In this document: in pieces, positions 21,902 to 31,451 of the stretch
Numbering within the stretch: position 1 is the first letter of the stretch
Layout: each line of letters opens with the position of its first letter
DNA from: Candidatus Latescibacterota bacterium
GTDB lineage: Bacteria; Krumholzibacteriota; Krumholzibacteriia; WVZY01; JAKEHA01
DNA: 64,000 nucleotides
Reading direction: 5' to 3'
NCBI GenBank assembly: GCA_963707635.1
Contig: OY970173.1
Location: 2,944,001-3,008,000 of the forward strand
Program-made: the position numbers and the translations under genes
Notes under the pieces: generated by a model
What the model was told of the DNA's origin: nothing
Seen by the model: the letters and a program-made list of their open reading frames with translations, nothing else
Databases searched by the model: none

Positions 21902-22552
21902 TTAGAGTCCGTCATAGCTCCGCCACAGATAGAGGGTGCCGATCGTGCGGTAGGGGCGCCACGCGTCGGCGATGCGATGGTATCGGCTGGCGCGCACGTT
22001 TCGGCGCAACCCGTACCGCGCCGCCATCGCCTTGCGCAGCCCCAGGTCGCCCACCGGAAACACGTCGAGGCGGTTGAGCGCGAAAATGAGGAACATGTGC
22101 CCGGACCACTCCCCCACCCCCTTGATCGCGGTGAGGGTCTGCATGACGCCCTCGTCGTCGGTGCGCGCGAGCGAGCGCCGGTCGAAACGGCGGGACGCAA
22201 ACGCGGCGGCGACATTTCGGGCGTAGACGACCTTCGACCGCGACAGGCCGCACGCGAGCAGTTCCGCGTCGGAAAGTGCGAGGACCGATGCGGCGGTGGG
22301 GGCGCGCCCGCCGGCCGCGGCGGCGAGGCGGCGATAGATCGCGCGGGCGGCGTGCGTGCTCAACTGCTGGGACACGATCGTCTCCAGCATCACCTGAAAC
22401 GCGCTGCGAGTTCCACGCAGCTCGTACGGGCCGAAGCGATCGATGAGCGCGCGAACCACGGGATCGCGCCGTCGCAGGTGGCGAACGGCCGCGCGAACTT
22501 CCCGGTCGAGTTCGGCAACCCGTGACGAATTGCGGCCGTCGAGCCACGCCAT
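21902..22552 (-). CDS. DNA-3-methyladenine glycosylase II family (AlkA-like, HhH-GPD)
   Basis: IVSQQLS, GLSRSK, IKGVGEWS, FPVGDLG, WRPYRT. Confidence 0.9.
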   Translation of the reverse strand: MAWLDGRNSSRVAELDREVRAAVRHLRRRDPVVRALIDRFGPYELRGTRSAFQVMLETIVSQQLSTHAARAIYRRLAAAAGGRAPTAASVLALSDAELLACGLSRSKVVYARNVAAAFASRRFDRRSLARTDDEGVMQTLTAIKGVGEWSGHMFLIFALNRLDVFPVGDLGLRKAMAARYGLRRNVRASRYHRIADAWRPYRTIGTLYLWRSYDGL

Positions 22553-22652
22553 GGCGTCATTATATACGTCCCGCACCCGCCCACAACCGCCGTTCTGCCT
22601 CGCAACCCTATTGATGTGCCGGGCGCCGTTCTGATAGCGTGAGGCATCCACC

Positions 22653-23885
22653 ATGTCGGCACCCGGCGAAGACAATCTCATCCACGACTGGAACCCGCCC
22701 GTCGCGGCCCCGCGTTACCCGCTCAAGCTCAACGACGAAACCCTGCGCGACGGCTTGCAGTCGCCGTCGGTGTTCAACCCCAGCGTCGCGGAGAAGCTCG
22801 AAATCCTGCATTTCATGGAGGGTCTGGGGATGTCTTCGGCCGCGATCGGCCTGCCGGCAGCCGGGCCCCACGCGTTCAACGACGTGCTCGCCATCGCGGG
22901 GGAAATCGCGCGCGCGCGGATGAAGATCTACCCCTACTGCGCCGCGCGCACGCACCCCAACGACATCACCCCGATCATCGAGATCCAGCAGAAGACGGGC
23001 ATCAAGGTGCAGGCGGCGCTGTTCATCTTCTCCAGTCCGATCCGCCAGCTGGCCGAGGACTGGACGGTCGACAAGATGCTCAAGGTGAGCGAGGCCGCGA
23101 TCGAATTCGCGCACAACAACGAGGTCCCGGTCATGTATGTGACCGAAGACACCACGCGCTCGCGACCCGACACCCTTGCGCGCCTCTATCAGATGGCCAT
23201 CGACCACGACGTCGAGCGCCTGTGCATTTCCGACACGGTCGGCCACGCGACGCCGTCGGGAGCGGACGCGGTGGTCCGGTTCATTCGCGGGCTGGTGGAG
23301 AAGGCGGGCAAGCCGATCGGAGTGGACTGGCACGGCCATCGCGACCGCGACCTCGCGGTCGCCAACTCGATCGCCGCCCACCTGGCCGGCGCCGATCGGA
23401 TCCACGGGTCGATGCTGGGTATCGGCGAGCGCGTCGGCAACACGCCCATCGACACGCTGATGGTGAATTTCAAACTTATGGGCCTGTTCGACCACGACCT
23501 GACCAGCCTGCCGGCGTACGCGCGCAAGGTCTCGCAGGCGTGCCGCGTTCCGATCCCCGACAACTACCCGGTGCTCGGGCGCGACGCATTTCGGACCCAG
23601 ACCGGCGTGCACGCGGACGCGATCGTCAAGGCCTACCGCAAGGGCAACGCGTGGCTGGCGAATCGGGTCTACAGCGGCGTCCCCGCGGACGAGCTGGGTC
23701 TGGAGCAGGTGATCGAAGTGGGACCGATGAGCGGAAAATCAAACGTTCGCTACTGGCTCGAGTCGCGCCGCATCGACGCGACCGACGCGCTGGTCGAGCG
23801 CATCTTCGAGCGCGCCAAGCAGGCGGATCACATCCTCACCGACGATGAGATTCGCGCCATCGTCCGGGCGAACGCGGCGGAATAG
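22653..23885 (+). CDS. DRE-TIM LeuA/homocitrate synthase family enzyme without the C-terminal regulatory domain
   Basis: DETLRDGLQ, EDTTR, DTVG, HGHRD, GIGERVGN, GVHADA, GPMSG; 410 aa. Confidence 0.87.
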   Translation: MSAPGEDNLIHDWNPPVAAPRYPLKLNDETLRDGLQSPSVFNPSVAEKLEILHFMEGLGMSSAAIGLPAAGPHAFNDVLAIAGEIARARMKIYPYCAARTHPNDITPIIEIQQKTGIKVQAALFIFSSPIRQLAEDWTVDKMLKVSEAAIEFAHNNEVPVMYVTEDTTRSRPDTLARLYQMAIDHDVERLCISDTVGHATPSGADAVVRFIRGLVEKAGKPIGVDWHGHRDRDLAVANSIAAHLAGADRIHGSMLGIGERVGNTPIDTLMVNFKLMGLFDHDLTSLPAYARKVSQACRVPIPDNYPVLGRDAFRTQTGVHADAIVKAYRKGNAWLANRVYSGVPADELGLEQVIEVGPMSGKSNVRYWLESRRIDATDALVERIFERAKQADHILTDDEIRAIVRANAAE

Positions 23886-23895
23886 CGCGCGGCGC

Positions 23896-24576
23896 CTATC
23901 GGTACAGAGACTTGACCTTGCCCCAAGTCGTGGGGGCAACGGGTACGACGGCGTTGAGGGCCAGGATACCGAATCGTGGCGTTCCCTGAAACGCGCCGTC
24001 GCCGTTCTTGTCGGAGAACGCAATCACGCGCATGACCGGCGCGCCCGTCCACGAGCATGCCACCGCCCGAGTATCCGAGTAGAAGCCGGGCGCCACCATC
24101 GTAACGACGTCGAGAGCGGGAAGCGGCGTCGTCCAGCGTTGCAGCGGAAGGCCGTTTACTTCGATCTCCACCACCGCGGATCCAGACTCGGGCCAGAAGC
24201 GCAGACACAGACTCCCCAGCGTGCGCGGAGTGGATGCGAAGCCGTCGACGACCACCTCGAAATCGTTGCGAAACGTCACGAACTCGCTGTTGCCGCTCGG
24301 CGACGGCTCGAAGCCGATGAGGTCGGGCGCCTGGTAGACCTCGAGTGGCAGTCGGTTCTCCGCCCGATCCCAGAGCATCTGGCCACCGATCGCGTAGCCC
24401 TCTTGAAACTTGGGATCCAACGGGGTGAGCAACTGGTAGCGCCCGCTGTCGTATCGGAAGACCGCGGGGCTGCTGGGATAGATGAGAAACGACGGCTCGG
24501 CCGCCGCGGCCACCGCCGACGACGAGCCCAACGGGAGCCACAGGAGAGCGAGCACGATGCCCTTTTTCGTGCCCAT
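23896..24576 (-). CDS. Hypothetical exported protein with a C-terminal VPVAPTTWGKVKSLYR motif
   Basis: GGAGG RBS, signal peptide (MGTKKGIVLALLWLPLG...AAA), beta-rich body. Confidence 0.75.
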   Translation of the reverse strand: MGTKKGIVLALLWLPLGSSSAVAAAAEPSFLIYPSSPAVFRYDSGRYQLLTPLDPKFQEGYAIGGQMLWDRAENRLPLEVYQAPDLIGFEPSPSGNSEFVTFRNDFEVVVDGFASTPRTLGSLCLRFWPESGSAVVEIEVNGLPLQRWTTPLPALDVVTMVAPGFYSDTRAVACSWTGAPVMRVIAFSDKNGDGAFQGTPRFGILALNAVVPVAPTTWGKVKSLYR

Positions 24577-24797
24577 ATCGGACTACCTCCGCGCGAGACG
24601 CGATATCGAATGAAGCGACCGCCGACGCATCGAAATCGAAGCACCGGCGGATACACGGCGGCGGTTGCCAGCTGCCGCCCGCGCACGTTCTGCACAACTC
24701 GCTGCCAGAGTATACCATAGCCCCGGGGTGGTCGGGAAGTAGCCACCTGCGCCGGAGACGCTGGATGTGGATCCGGGGTCCTTACTAATTCATTTAC

Positions 24798-24875
24798 AAT
24801 CAGTTAGTTGATCCGCTCGCCTCGCGCACTTTAGAGGCCTTGGTGCTTCTCGCCGGGCACACCCGGTGCTACACT
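24798..24875 (+). promoter_or_regulatory. IHF-like site plus candidate promoter (sigma54-like -24/-12, or extended -10) upstream of the oppA-like gene
   Basis: AATCAGTTAGTTG fits WATCARN4TTR. GGGCAC-ACCCG-GTGCT at 24855-24870 overlaps TGCTACACT. Confidence 0.4.
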
Positions 24876-24923
24876 GCCGACCACGCACGGGGACTCGTGG
24901 TCCGGGGAACCAAGGAGAGGCAC

Positions 24924-26591
24924 ATGCGGCGCAGTTTTCGTCTGGTCGTTTCGATCGTCGCGCTCACGGCCGCCATCGCCGGATGCGGCGGCGGCGGGGA
25001 CGGGTCCTCGAAGAACGCGGCGCCGCCCGACGGCGTCGCCGCCACCGAGCCCCGCTCCGGCGGGACCGTGATTCGCCGGCTGGAGTCCGAGTGCAAGACG
25101 CTGAACTGGGTCCTGTACACGACCCAGTACGAGATCTTCGTCTTGCGGCACATCTACGATCCCATCGTCGATTTCAACGAGGCGGGGGAGATGATCCCGG
25201 TGCTCGCGGCGGCGCTGCCGACCGTGAGCCCCGACCACCTTCGCATCACCGTCAAGCTGCGCAAGGACATCCACTGGCAGGACGGGACGCCCATCACGGC
25301 GCGCGACGTCCAATTCACCCTCGATAAGATCCGGGACCCCAAGATCCCCGCGATCAACAAGGAAGCCTACTTCGAGAAACTCGACCACCTCGAGATCGTC
25401 GACGATCAGACGGTGGTATTCGTCTGGAAGGAGCCGTTCGCTCCCTCGCTCTACGCGATCTCGCAGTTGTGGCCGATTCCGGAGCACGTCTACTCGCAAG
25501 GCGACTTCATGACCAACCCCGCCAACCGCAAGCCGGTCGGCAGCGGGCCGTTCATGCTCGAGGAGTGGAGCTCGTCGCAGTACATCAAACTGGTTCGCTA
25601 CGACGGATACCACGGCAAGAAGGCGTACCTCGACCGGATCATCTTCAAGGTGGTGGAAGACGACGCCGTCGCCCTCAACATGCTCAAGGCGGGCGAACTC
25701 GACGAGATGCGCGCGACCCAGATCCAGTGGGAGAGGCAGACCAGCGACCCGGAGTTCGCGGCGCGATTCGAGAAATATCACTACTACGCCCCGTCGTATA
25801 ACTACATCGGTTGGAACTGCCGGTCGGTCTGGTTTTCCGACGCGCGCGTTCGGCGCGCCATGACGATGCTCTTCGACCGCGAAAGCATCAACACCAAGAT
25901 GTACTCGGGATTCGCGCGGTTGGTCAGCGGGCCGTTCTACATCAACTCGTGGGCCTACGACAAGACGGTCAAGCCCCTCCCGTTCGACCCCCAGGCGGCC
26001 AGGCAGCTCCTCGACGAGGCCGGCTGGTCGGACTCCGACCGCGACGGCATTCGCGACAAGGGCGGAAAGAAATTCGATTTCGAGCTGTTGATCGCGGGCG
26101 GCAGCAATACCGCGGCGCAGTTTTCGCAGCTCCTGCAGGAGGAGTGCGGAAAGGTCGGGATACGCGTGCGCATCCGCCAGGTCGAGGGCTCGACGCTGTT
26201 CGACCGGATCGAAAAGGGCGACTTCGACGCCTCAATGTCGGGGTGGCGGCTCGACCTCGACCCCGACGTGTTCGACACTTTCCACTCCAGCATGACCCCG
26301 CCGAACGGACTGAATCATGGCTTCTACAGCAACCCCACGGTGGACAGCCTGCTGGTGGCCGGGCGGCGCGAATTCGACCCCGCCGCGCGCGAGCGGATCT
26401 ACCACCAGGTGCACCGGATCATCGCCGAGGAACAACCCTACACCTTCATCAACGCCGTGCCGGAAAAGCGCCCGATCGCGCGCAAGATCCACGGCGTGGT
26501 GATCTCCTTCAACGGCCCCTACGATTTCTGGCCGGGCGCCAACTACTGGTGGATCGGCGATGGCGACGGGACGGTCGCCACGGAGCATTGA
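24924..26591 (+). CDS. Peptide/nickel ABC transporter substrate-binding lipoprotein (SBP family 5)
   Basis: Lipobox IAGC; WQDGTPITARDVQFT, PVGSGPF, DARVRRAM, LLDEAGW; AAGGAGAGG RBS. Confidence 0.93.
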   Translation: MRRSFRLVVSIVALTAAIAGCGGGGDGSSKNAAPPDGVAATEPRSGGTVIRRLESECKTLNWVLYTTQYEIFVLRHIYDPIVDFNEAGEMIPVLAAALPTVSPDHLRITVKLRKDIHWQDGTPITARDVQFTLDKIRDPKIPAINKEAYFEKLDHLEIVDDQTVVFVWKEPFAPSLYAISQLWPIPEHVYSQGDFMTNPANRKPVGSGPFMLEEWSSSQYIKLVRYDGYHGKKAYLDRIIFKVVEDDAVALNMLKAGELDEMRATQIQWERQTSDPEFAARFEKYHYYAPSYNYIGWNCRSVWFSDARVRRAMTMLFDRESINTKMYSGFARLVSGPFYINSWAYDKTVKPLPFDPQAARQLLDEAGWSDSDRDGIRDKGGKKFDFELLIAGGSNTAAQFSQLLQEECGKVGIRVRIRQVEGSTLFDRIEKGDFDASMSGWRLDLDPDVFDTFHSSMTPPNGLNHGFYSNPTVDSLLVAGRREFDPAARERIYHQVHRIIAEEQPYTFINAVPEKRPIARKIHGVVISFNGPYDFWPGANYWWIGDGDGTVATEH

Positions 26592-26598
26592 CGGCGCG

Positions 26599-27576
26599 AT
26601 GCTCCATTACACGTTGCGGCGTCTGCTGTACCTGATCCCGACGCTGCTCGGAATCACCATCGTCACGTTCGTGGTGGTGAGCCTGGCTCCGGGTGATCCG
26701 GTCGAGTTGATCAATCGCGGCCAGATGGACGCGCGCATCTCTCCCGAATCCTACCGCCAGATGCTCCACCTCTATGGTCTCGACGACCCGGTGCACGTCC
26801 GCTACCTGGTGTGGCTGAAACGGCTGGCGACGCTGGATTTTGGCCGCTCCTTTCTCGACCAGCGCCCGGTGATCGAGAAGATCCTCGAGCGCCTGCCCGC
26901 GACCATGGCGCTGAATGCGGCCTCCCTCGTGATTTCGCTCGTGCTCGCGATTCCGCTCGGCCTGTATGCGGCGGTCCGGCAGCATTCGAAGCTGGACAAG
27001 CTGGGTGGGACGGCGCTCTACCTCCTCTACTCGCTGCCCGAGTTCTGGGTGGCACTGCTGCTCATCATGCTCTTCGGGGTCAAACTCAAGTTGCTGCCCT
27101 TTCACGGCATGGAGTCCGTCGACGCGCGCGACCTGGGATTCTTCGGCTACTGGTGGGATCGCCTTGTGCACATGGTCCTGCCCACCTTCTGCCTCACCTA
27201 CGGATCGCTCGCATTCCTGTCGCGATTCGTACGAGGGTCGTCGCTCGAGGTGATTCGCCAGGATTACATCCGCACCGCGCGCGCCAAGGGGCTAGACGAG
27301 AAACGCATCGTGTACCACCACGTGTTCCGCAACACGATGATTCCCGTGCTGACGCTGCTCGGGCTCCTGCTGCCCACGCTGGTCAGCGGCAGCATCATCC
27401 TCGAGTCCATCTTCTCGTGGCCCGGGATCGGCAACCTGTTCTTCACCGCCGTGCTGGCGCGCGACTATCCCGTGGTCATGGGGTTGAGTTTCGTCACCGC
27501 CGTCCTGATTCTCCTGAGCACGCTCGTCGCCGACCTGCTCTACGCGTGGGCCGATCCCCGGGTGACCTACCGATGA
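26599..27576 (+). CDS. Peptide ABC transporter permease (OppB/DppB-like)
   Basis: LAPGDP, LDFGRS, DYIRTARAKGL, ESIFSWPGIG, ARDYP, ADPR. Confidence 0.94.
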   Translation: MLHYTLRRLLYLIPTLLGITIVTFVVVSLAPGDPVELINRGQMDARISPESYRQMLHLYGLDDPVHVRYLVWLKRLATLDFGRSFLDQRPVIEKILERLPATMALNAASLVISLVLAIPLGLYAAVRQHSKLDKLGGTALYLLYSLPEFWVALLLIMLFGVKLKLLPFHGMESVDARDLGFFGYWWDRLVHMVLPTFCLTYGSLAFLSRFVRGSSLEVIRQDYIRTARAKGLDEKRIVYHHVFRNTMIPVLTLLGLLLPTLVSGSIILESIFSWPGIGNLFFTAVLARDYPVVMGLSFVTAVLILLSTLVADLLYAWADPRVTYR

Positions 27577-28649
27577 ATCCGCCCGCCGAGTCACCCACGA
27601 ACCCTCCGTTCCCGCGCGCCCCGACGGACGCGAAGCGCGCCGGGTACGCCCGCATCGTGTGGCGCGGCCTGCTCCGGGACCGATACGCGCTGGCGGGACT
27701 GGTCGTGATCGGGTTTCTGTTCGCGGTATCGTGGCTGGCGCCGGTGCTCGCCAACAACCGGCCCCTCGTCATGCGGTGGGACGACCGCATCATCTACCCC
27801 GCGATCGCGGAGCTGATTCCGCTTCGCTACGTGATCAAGTACCCGGGGTTGTCGAGCCTGGATTTCGACGTGCTGAAGCACGACGCGGGCGTGGCCCTGG
27901 TGATGCCGCCGATCCCGTACTCCGCGGTCTCCACCGAGCTCGACCATCGCTTGCAGGAGCCGGGACACACGCACCTGCTGGGGACCGACGAACTGGGGCG
28001 CGACGTGCTCGCCCGCCTGATCCACGGCGCGGGCGTCTCGCTCAAGGTCGGACTCGTGGCCACCGGCATCTCACTCGTGATCGGGCTCCTGATCGGCGCG
28101 ATCGCGGGGTACTACGGCGGGGGCGTGGACATGGTGTTATCGCGTCTGATCGAGATCGTGATCTGCTTTCCGTTTCTGTTCCTGATCCTGGCGGTGATCG
28201 CCTTTCTCCCGCCGAGCATCTACAACATCATGATCGTGATCGGCATCACCCGCTGGACCGACATCGCGCGCTACACCCGCGCCGAATTCATGCGGCTGAA
28301 AGCGCGCGAGTTCACCGAAGCCGCGCGCGCACTCGGGGTCAACGATCGCACCATCATCTTCCGCCACATCCTGCCCAACTCGCTGGCGCCCGTGCTGGTG
28401 ACCGCCACCTTCGGGGTTGCGAACGCGATTCTGATCGAGGCCGCCTTGAGTTTTCTCGGTCTCGGCACCCAGCCGCCGATGCCGAGCTGGGGCGGGCTGC
28501 TCGCCAGCGCCCGCGAACAGGATTTCGCCTGGTGGCTGACGACGTTCCCCGGGTTCGCGATCTTCGTCAGCGTGACCGCCTATAACCTGCTGGGCGAGGG
28601 ACTGCGCGACGCGAGCGACCCGCGGATTGCGTACGGAGCGAAGGACTGA
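27573..28649 (+). CDS. Peptide ABC transporter permease (OppC/DppC-like)
   Basis: HLLGTDELGRD, EAARALG, HILPN, EAALSFLGLG, PSWG, GEGLRDASDP; ATGA coupling. Confidence 0.94.
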   Translation: MNPPAESPTNPPFPRAPTDAKRAGYARIVWRGLLRDRYALAGLVVIGFLFAVSWLAPVLANNRPLVMRWDDRIIYPAIAELIPLRYVIKYPGLSSLDFDVLKHDAGVALVMPPIPYSAVSTELDHRLQEPGHTHLLGTDELGRDVLARLIHGAGVSLKVGLVATGISLVIGLLIGAIAGYYGGGVDMVLSRLIEIVICFPFLFLILAVIAFLPPSIYNIMIVIGITRWTDIARYTRAEFMRLKAREFTEAARALGVNDRTIIFRHILPNSLAPVLVTATFGVANAILIEAALSFLGLGTQPPMPSWGGLLASAREQDFAWWLTTFPGFAIFVSVTAYNLLGEGLRDASDPRIAYGAKD

Positions 28650-29475
28650 CGCCGCGCGGCCGGGCCTGGCAACCCGGGCAGAAGTGCGTGCCGCGCTGCG
28701 CCACTTCGATGCGCGCGATGGCGCGCCCGCACTCGGGGCACGGTTCGCCCTCCCGGCCGTACACGGCGAGCCGTTGCTGGAACTCCCCGCGCGAGCCGTC
28801 GGGGCGGCGATAGTCGCGGAGCGTCGTGCCGCGGGAACGAATCGCCCTGTCCAGGATTCGGCGCGCCGCCCCCAGGATGCCGGCGGCGCCGGCGGCCGCG
28901 CGGTCGCCGGTCGTGAGCGGATGGACCCGCGCCGCGTGCAGGGACTCGTCGACGTAGATGTTTCCCAGCCCGGAGATGATCCGCTGGTCGAGCAAGAGCG
29001 ACTTGATCGGCGCGCGGCGCCCGCGCAGCGCGCGCGCCAGATCCTCGGCGCCGATTTCGAACGGATCGGGTCCGATACGGAGCGACTCGTTCGTCCGGGC
29101 GGCGTCGCCCACGAAGATGAAGCCGAACCGGCGCGGGTCGATATAGACGAGCCGGGATCCGTCCTGAAAACTCCAGCGCGCGTGCAGGTGGGTGTGCCCG
29201 GCGCCGCCGCGAGCGGGCGCCGCCTCGCCCCACAACAGCTGCCCGGTCATGCCGAGATGGACGACGAGTCGGATGTCACCGGGACCGCAGCGCACGACGA
29301 TCGCTTTTCCGCGGCGCTGGACGTCGAGAACGCGCGCGCCCACCAGCGCCGACACGTTACGGCTCCCGGCACGGTAGAGGTCGCGCGCGGTGAGGGAGGC
29401 GCGCGCAATCACGCGGCCGGGCAGCACGGCGCGCAGCTCGCGGACCACGGTCTCGACTTCGGGGAGTTCGGGCAT
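28567..29475 (-). CDS. mutM: Formamidopyrimidine-DNA glycosylase
   Basis: MPELPEVE start, RRGK, HLGMTG, DPRRFG, GLGNIYVDE, CPEC...CPGCQ zinc finger. Confidence 0.96.
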   Translation of the reverse strand: MPELPEVETVVRELRAVLPGRVIARASLTARDLYRAGSRNVSALVGARVLDVQRRGKAIVVRCGPGDIRLVVHLGMTGQLLWGEAAPARGGAGHTHLHARWSFQDGSRLVYIDPRRFGFIFVGDAARTNESLRIGPDPFEIGAEDLARALRGRRAPIKSLLLDQRIISGLGNIYVDESLHAARVHPLTTGDRAAAGAAGILGAARRILDRAIRSRGTTLRDYRRPDGSRGEFQQRLAVYGREGEPCPECGRAIARIEVAQRGTHFCPGCQARPRGVSPSLRTQSAGRSRRAVPRPAGYRRSR

Positions 29476-29495
29476 CGCGGACGAGTATACTCCAC

Positions 29496-29524
29496 GTGAC
29501 AGCCGCCCGTGGACAGGGTAGAAT
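29496..29524 (+). promoter_or_regulatory. sigma70-type promoter for the radical SAM gene
   Basis: GTGACA-17 nt-TAGAAT. A divergent TATACT on the minus strand at 29484-29489 may serve mutM. Confidence 0.45.
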
Positions 29525-29597
29525 GCCGCGATAAGCAGACCGTCGCGCGCGAAGGGCATGAGCGGAGGGCAGCGTGACGGCCCCAAGAGAAAGAACC

Positions 29598-31364
29598 GTG
29601 AACAAAACCATTCGCGACATACTCTTCGACGAAGTCCTTCCGCGCGTGCAGAAGCCCGGGCAGTACGCGGGCGGCGAGCGCAACCTCATCGTGAAGGACC
29701 ATGCGTCCGTCGATATCAAGGTGGCGCTCGCGTTTCCGGACACTTACGCGATCGGGATGTCGCACCTCGGGATGCGCATCCTCTACCACGTGATCAATGG
29801 CCGCGAGGACGCCTGCGCGGAGCGCGTCTTCGCGCCGTGGGTCGACATGGAGGACGAGCTGCGCCGTCGCGAGCTGCCGCTGGTCACACTCGAGACCTTC
29901 ACGCCCCTCGACCGCTTCGACGTGATCGGCTTTTCGATGCAGTACGAGCTCGGCTTCACCAACCTGCTCAACATGCTCGAACTGGCCCGCGTGCCGCGCC
30001 TCACCGAGGACCGCGGCATCAGCGACCCCGTCATTCTCGGCGGCGGTTCCATCACGCTCGCGATGGAACCGGTGGCGCCGTTCTTCGACGCCATCCTGGT
30101 CGGCGACGCCGAGGACGTCATCCACCGCGCGCTGGACGTGATCAAGGATTGGCGGCGCAGTGGCCGGACGCGCCCGGAGCTGCATCGCGCGCTGTGCACG
30201 ATTCCGGGCATGTACGTGCCCTCGCTCTACCGGGTCGACTACCACGACGACGGAACCATCGCGCGGATCGAGAACCTTCCGCCGGCGCCCGCCAGCATCC
30301 CCAAGACCACGGTCTGGGACCTGGAGAACGCGCCGTTTCCGACCCGGCCCGTGATCCCGAACGTCGAGGTCATCCACGACCGCATCAACATCGAGATCAT
30401 GCGCGGGTGCCCGAACCAGTGTCGCTTCTGCCAGGCGGTGCAGCACTATCGCCCGCTGAAGATGCGCACGATCGAAAAAGTTCTCGCGCTGGCCGAGGCT
30501 TCCTATGTCGAAACCGGCTACGACGAGATCAGCCTCACGAGCCTATCGACCGCGGACTACCCGGGCATCATCGAGCTCCTGCAGGCGGTCGGGGAGCGCT
30601 TCCGCGCGCGGCGCGTCAACGTGTCACTGCCGTCGCTGCGCGTCGGACCGGAGCTCAAGCGGCTGCCGGGTCTGACCAGCACCGTGCGCAAGTCGGGACT
30701 CACGATGGCGCCGGAAGTTGCGACCGATCGCCTGCGCGAAGTGATCCGCAAGCCGATCAGGAACGAAGATTTGATGGCCGGGTGCGCGGCCGCTTTCGAA
30801 TCCGGCTACCGGCTGGTGAAGTTCTACTTCCTGATCGGAGCCCCGACCGAGCGCGACGAGGATCTGCGCGGCATCGTCGACCTGGCGGATGCCGCGAGCC
30901 GCATGCGCCGCGAGATGTTCGGCCAGCGCGCCCAGATCAACTGCTCGATCTCGTCGCACATCCCGAAGCCGCACACCCCGTTCCAGTGGGAGGCGATGGA
31001 CACGCGCGAGGAGCTGCTCGCCAAGCAGCGCGTCATCAAGAAGTACAACCGGTCCTCCCACGTGCAGCTCAAGTTCCACGACGTCGACGTGAGCTACCTG
31101 GAAGCGGTGTTCTCGCGCGGCGATCGCCGGCTCGCGGATTCACTCCTGAAGGCGCGCGAGGCGGGGCTGCGCATGGACGCGTGGTCGGAGTGCTTCGACA
31201 TGCGTCGCTGGGACGACGTGTTTCGCGACGCCGGGGTCGACCCCGACTGGTACGCGCTGCGCGCGCGGCCGACCGACGAGATCCTCCCGTGGGACATGAT
31301 CGGGCTGAAGATTCCCACCGCCCACCTCGCCAAGGAGCACGCGCGCGCCCACGCGATGGCGTAA
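29598..31364 (+). CDS. TIGR03960-like B12-binding radical SAM protein
   Basis: VQKPGQYAGGE, AFPDTYAIGMSHLG, ERVFAP, RGCPNQCRFCQA (CxxxCxxC), SLPSLR, PKPHTPFQW, LPWD. Confidence 0.9.
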   Translation: MNKTIRDILFDEVLPRVQKPGQYAGGERNLIVKDHASVDIKVALAFPDTYAIGMSHLGMRILYHVINGREDACAERVFAPWVDMEDELRRRELPLVTLETFTPLDRFDVIGFSMQYELGFTNLLNMLELARVPRLTEDRGISDPVILGGGSITLAMEPVAPFFDAILVGDAEDVIHRALDVIKDWRRSGRTRPELHRALCTIPGMYVPSLYRVDYHDDGTIARIENLPPAPASIPKTTVWDLENAPFPTRPVIPNVEVIHDRINIEIMRGCPNQCRFCQAVQHYRPLKMRTIEKVLALAEASYVETGYDEISLTSLSTADYPGIIELLQAVGERFRARRVNVSLPSLRVGPELKRLPGLTSTVRKSGLTMAPEVATDRLREVIRKPIRNEDLMAGCAAAFESGYRLVKFYFLIGAPTERDEDLRGIVDLADAASRMRREMFGQRAQINCSISSHIPKPHTPFQWEAMDTREELLAKQRVIKKYNRSSHVQLKFHDVDVSYLEAVFSRGDRRLADSLLKAREAGLRMDAWSECFDMRRWDDVFRDAGVDPDWYALRARPTDEILPWDMIGLKIPTAHLAKEHARAHAMA

Positions 31365-31392
31365 GCCCGTACGGCCGCATCCCGCAAGCAAG

Positions 31393-31420
31393 AGGGGCCA
31401 CCCGCGATCGGGTGGCCCCT
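31393..31420. terminator. Hairpin between convergent genes, probably a bidirectional terminator
   Basis: Perfect 12-bp stem AGGGGCCACCCG-CGAT-CGGGTGGCCCCT; the U-tracts are short. Confidence 0.7.
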
Positions 31421-31451
31421 TGTACTTAAGGTGAAAACGGGAAAGCAGCCG

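Noticed and set aside
25108..25116. GGGTCCTGT match to the repeat arm inside the oppA-like gene
   Set aside because: Only 9 bp, in coding sequence, with no second arm; consistent with chance.
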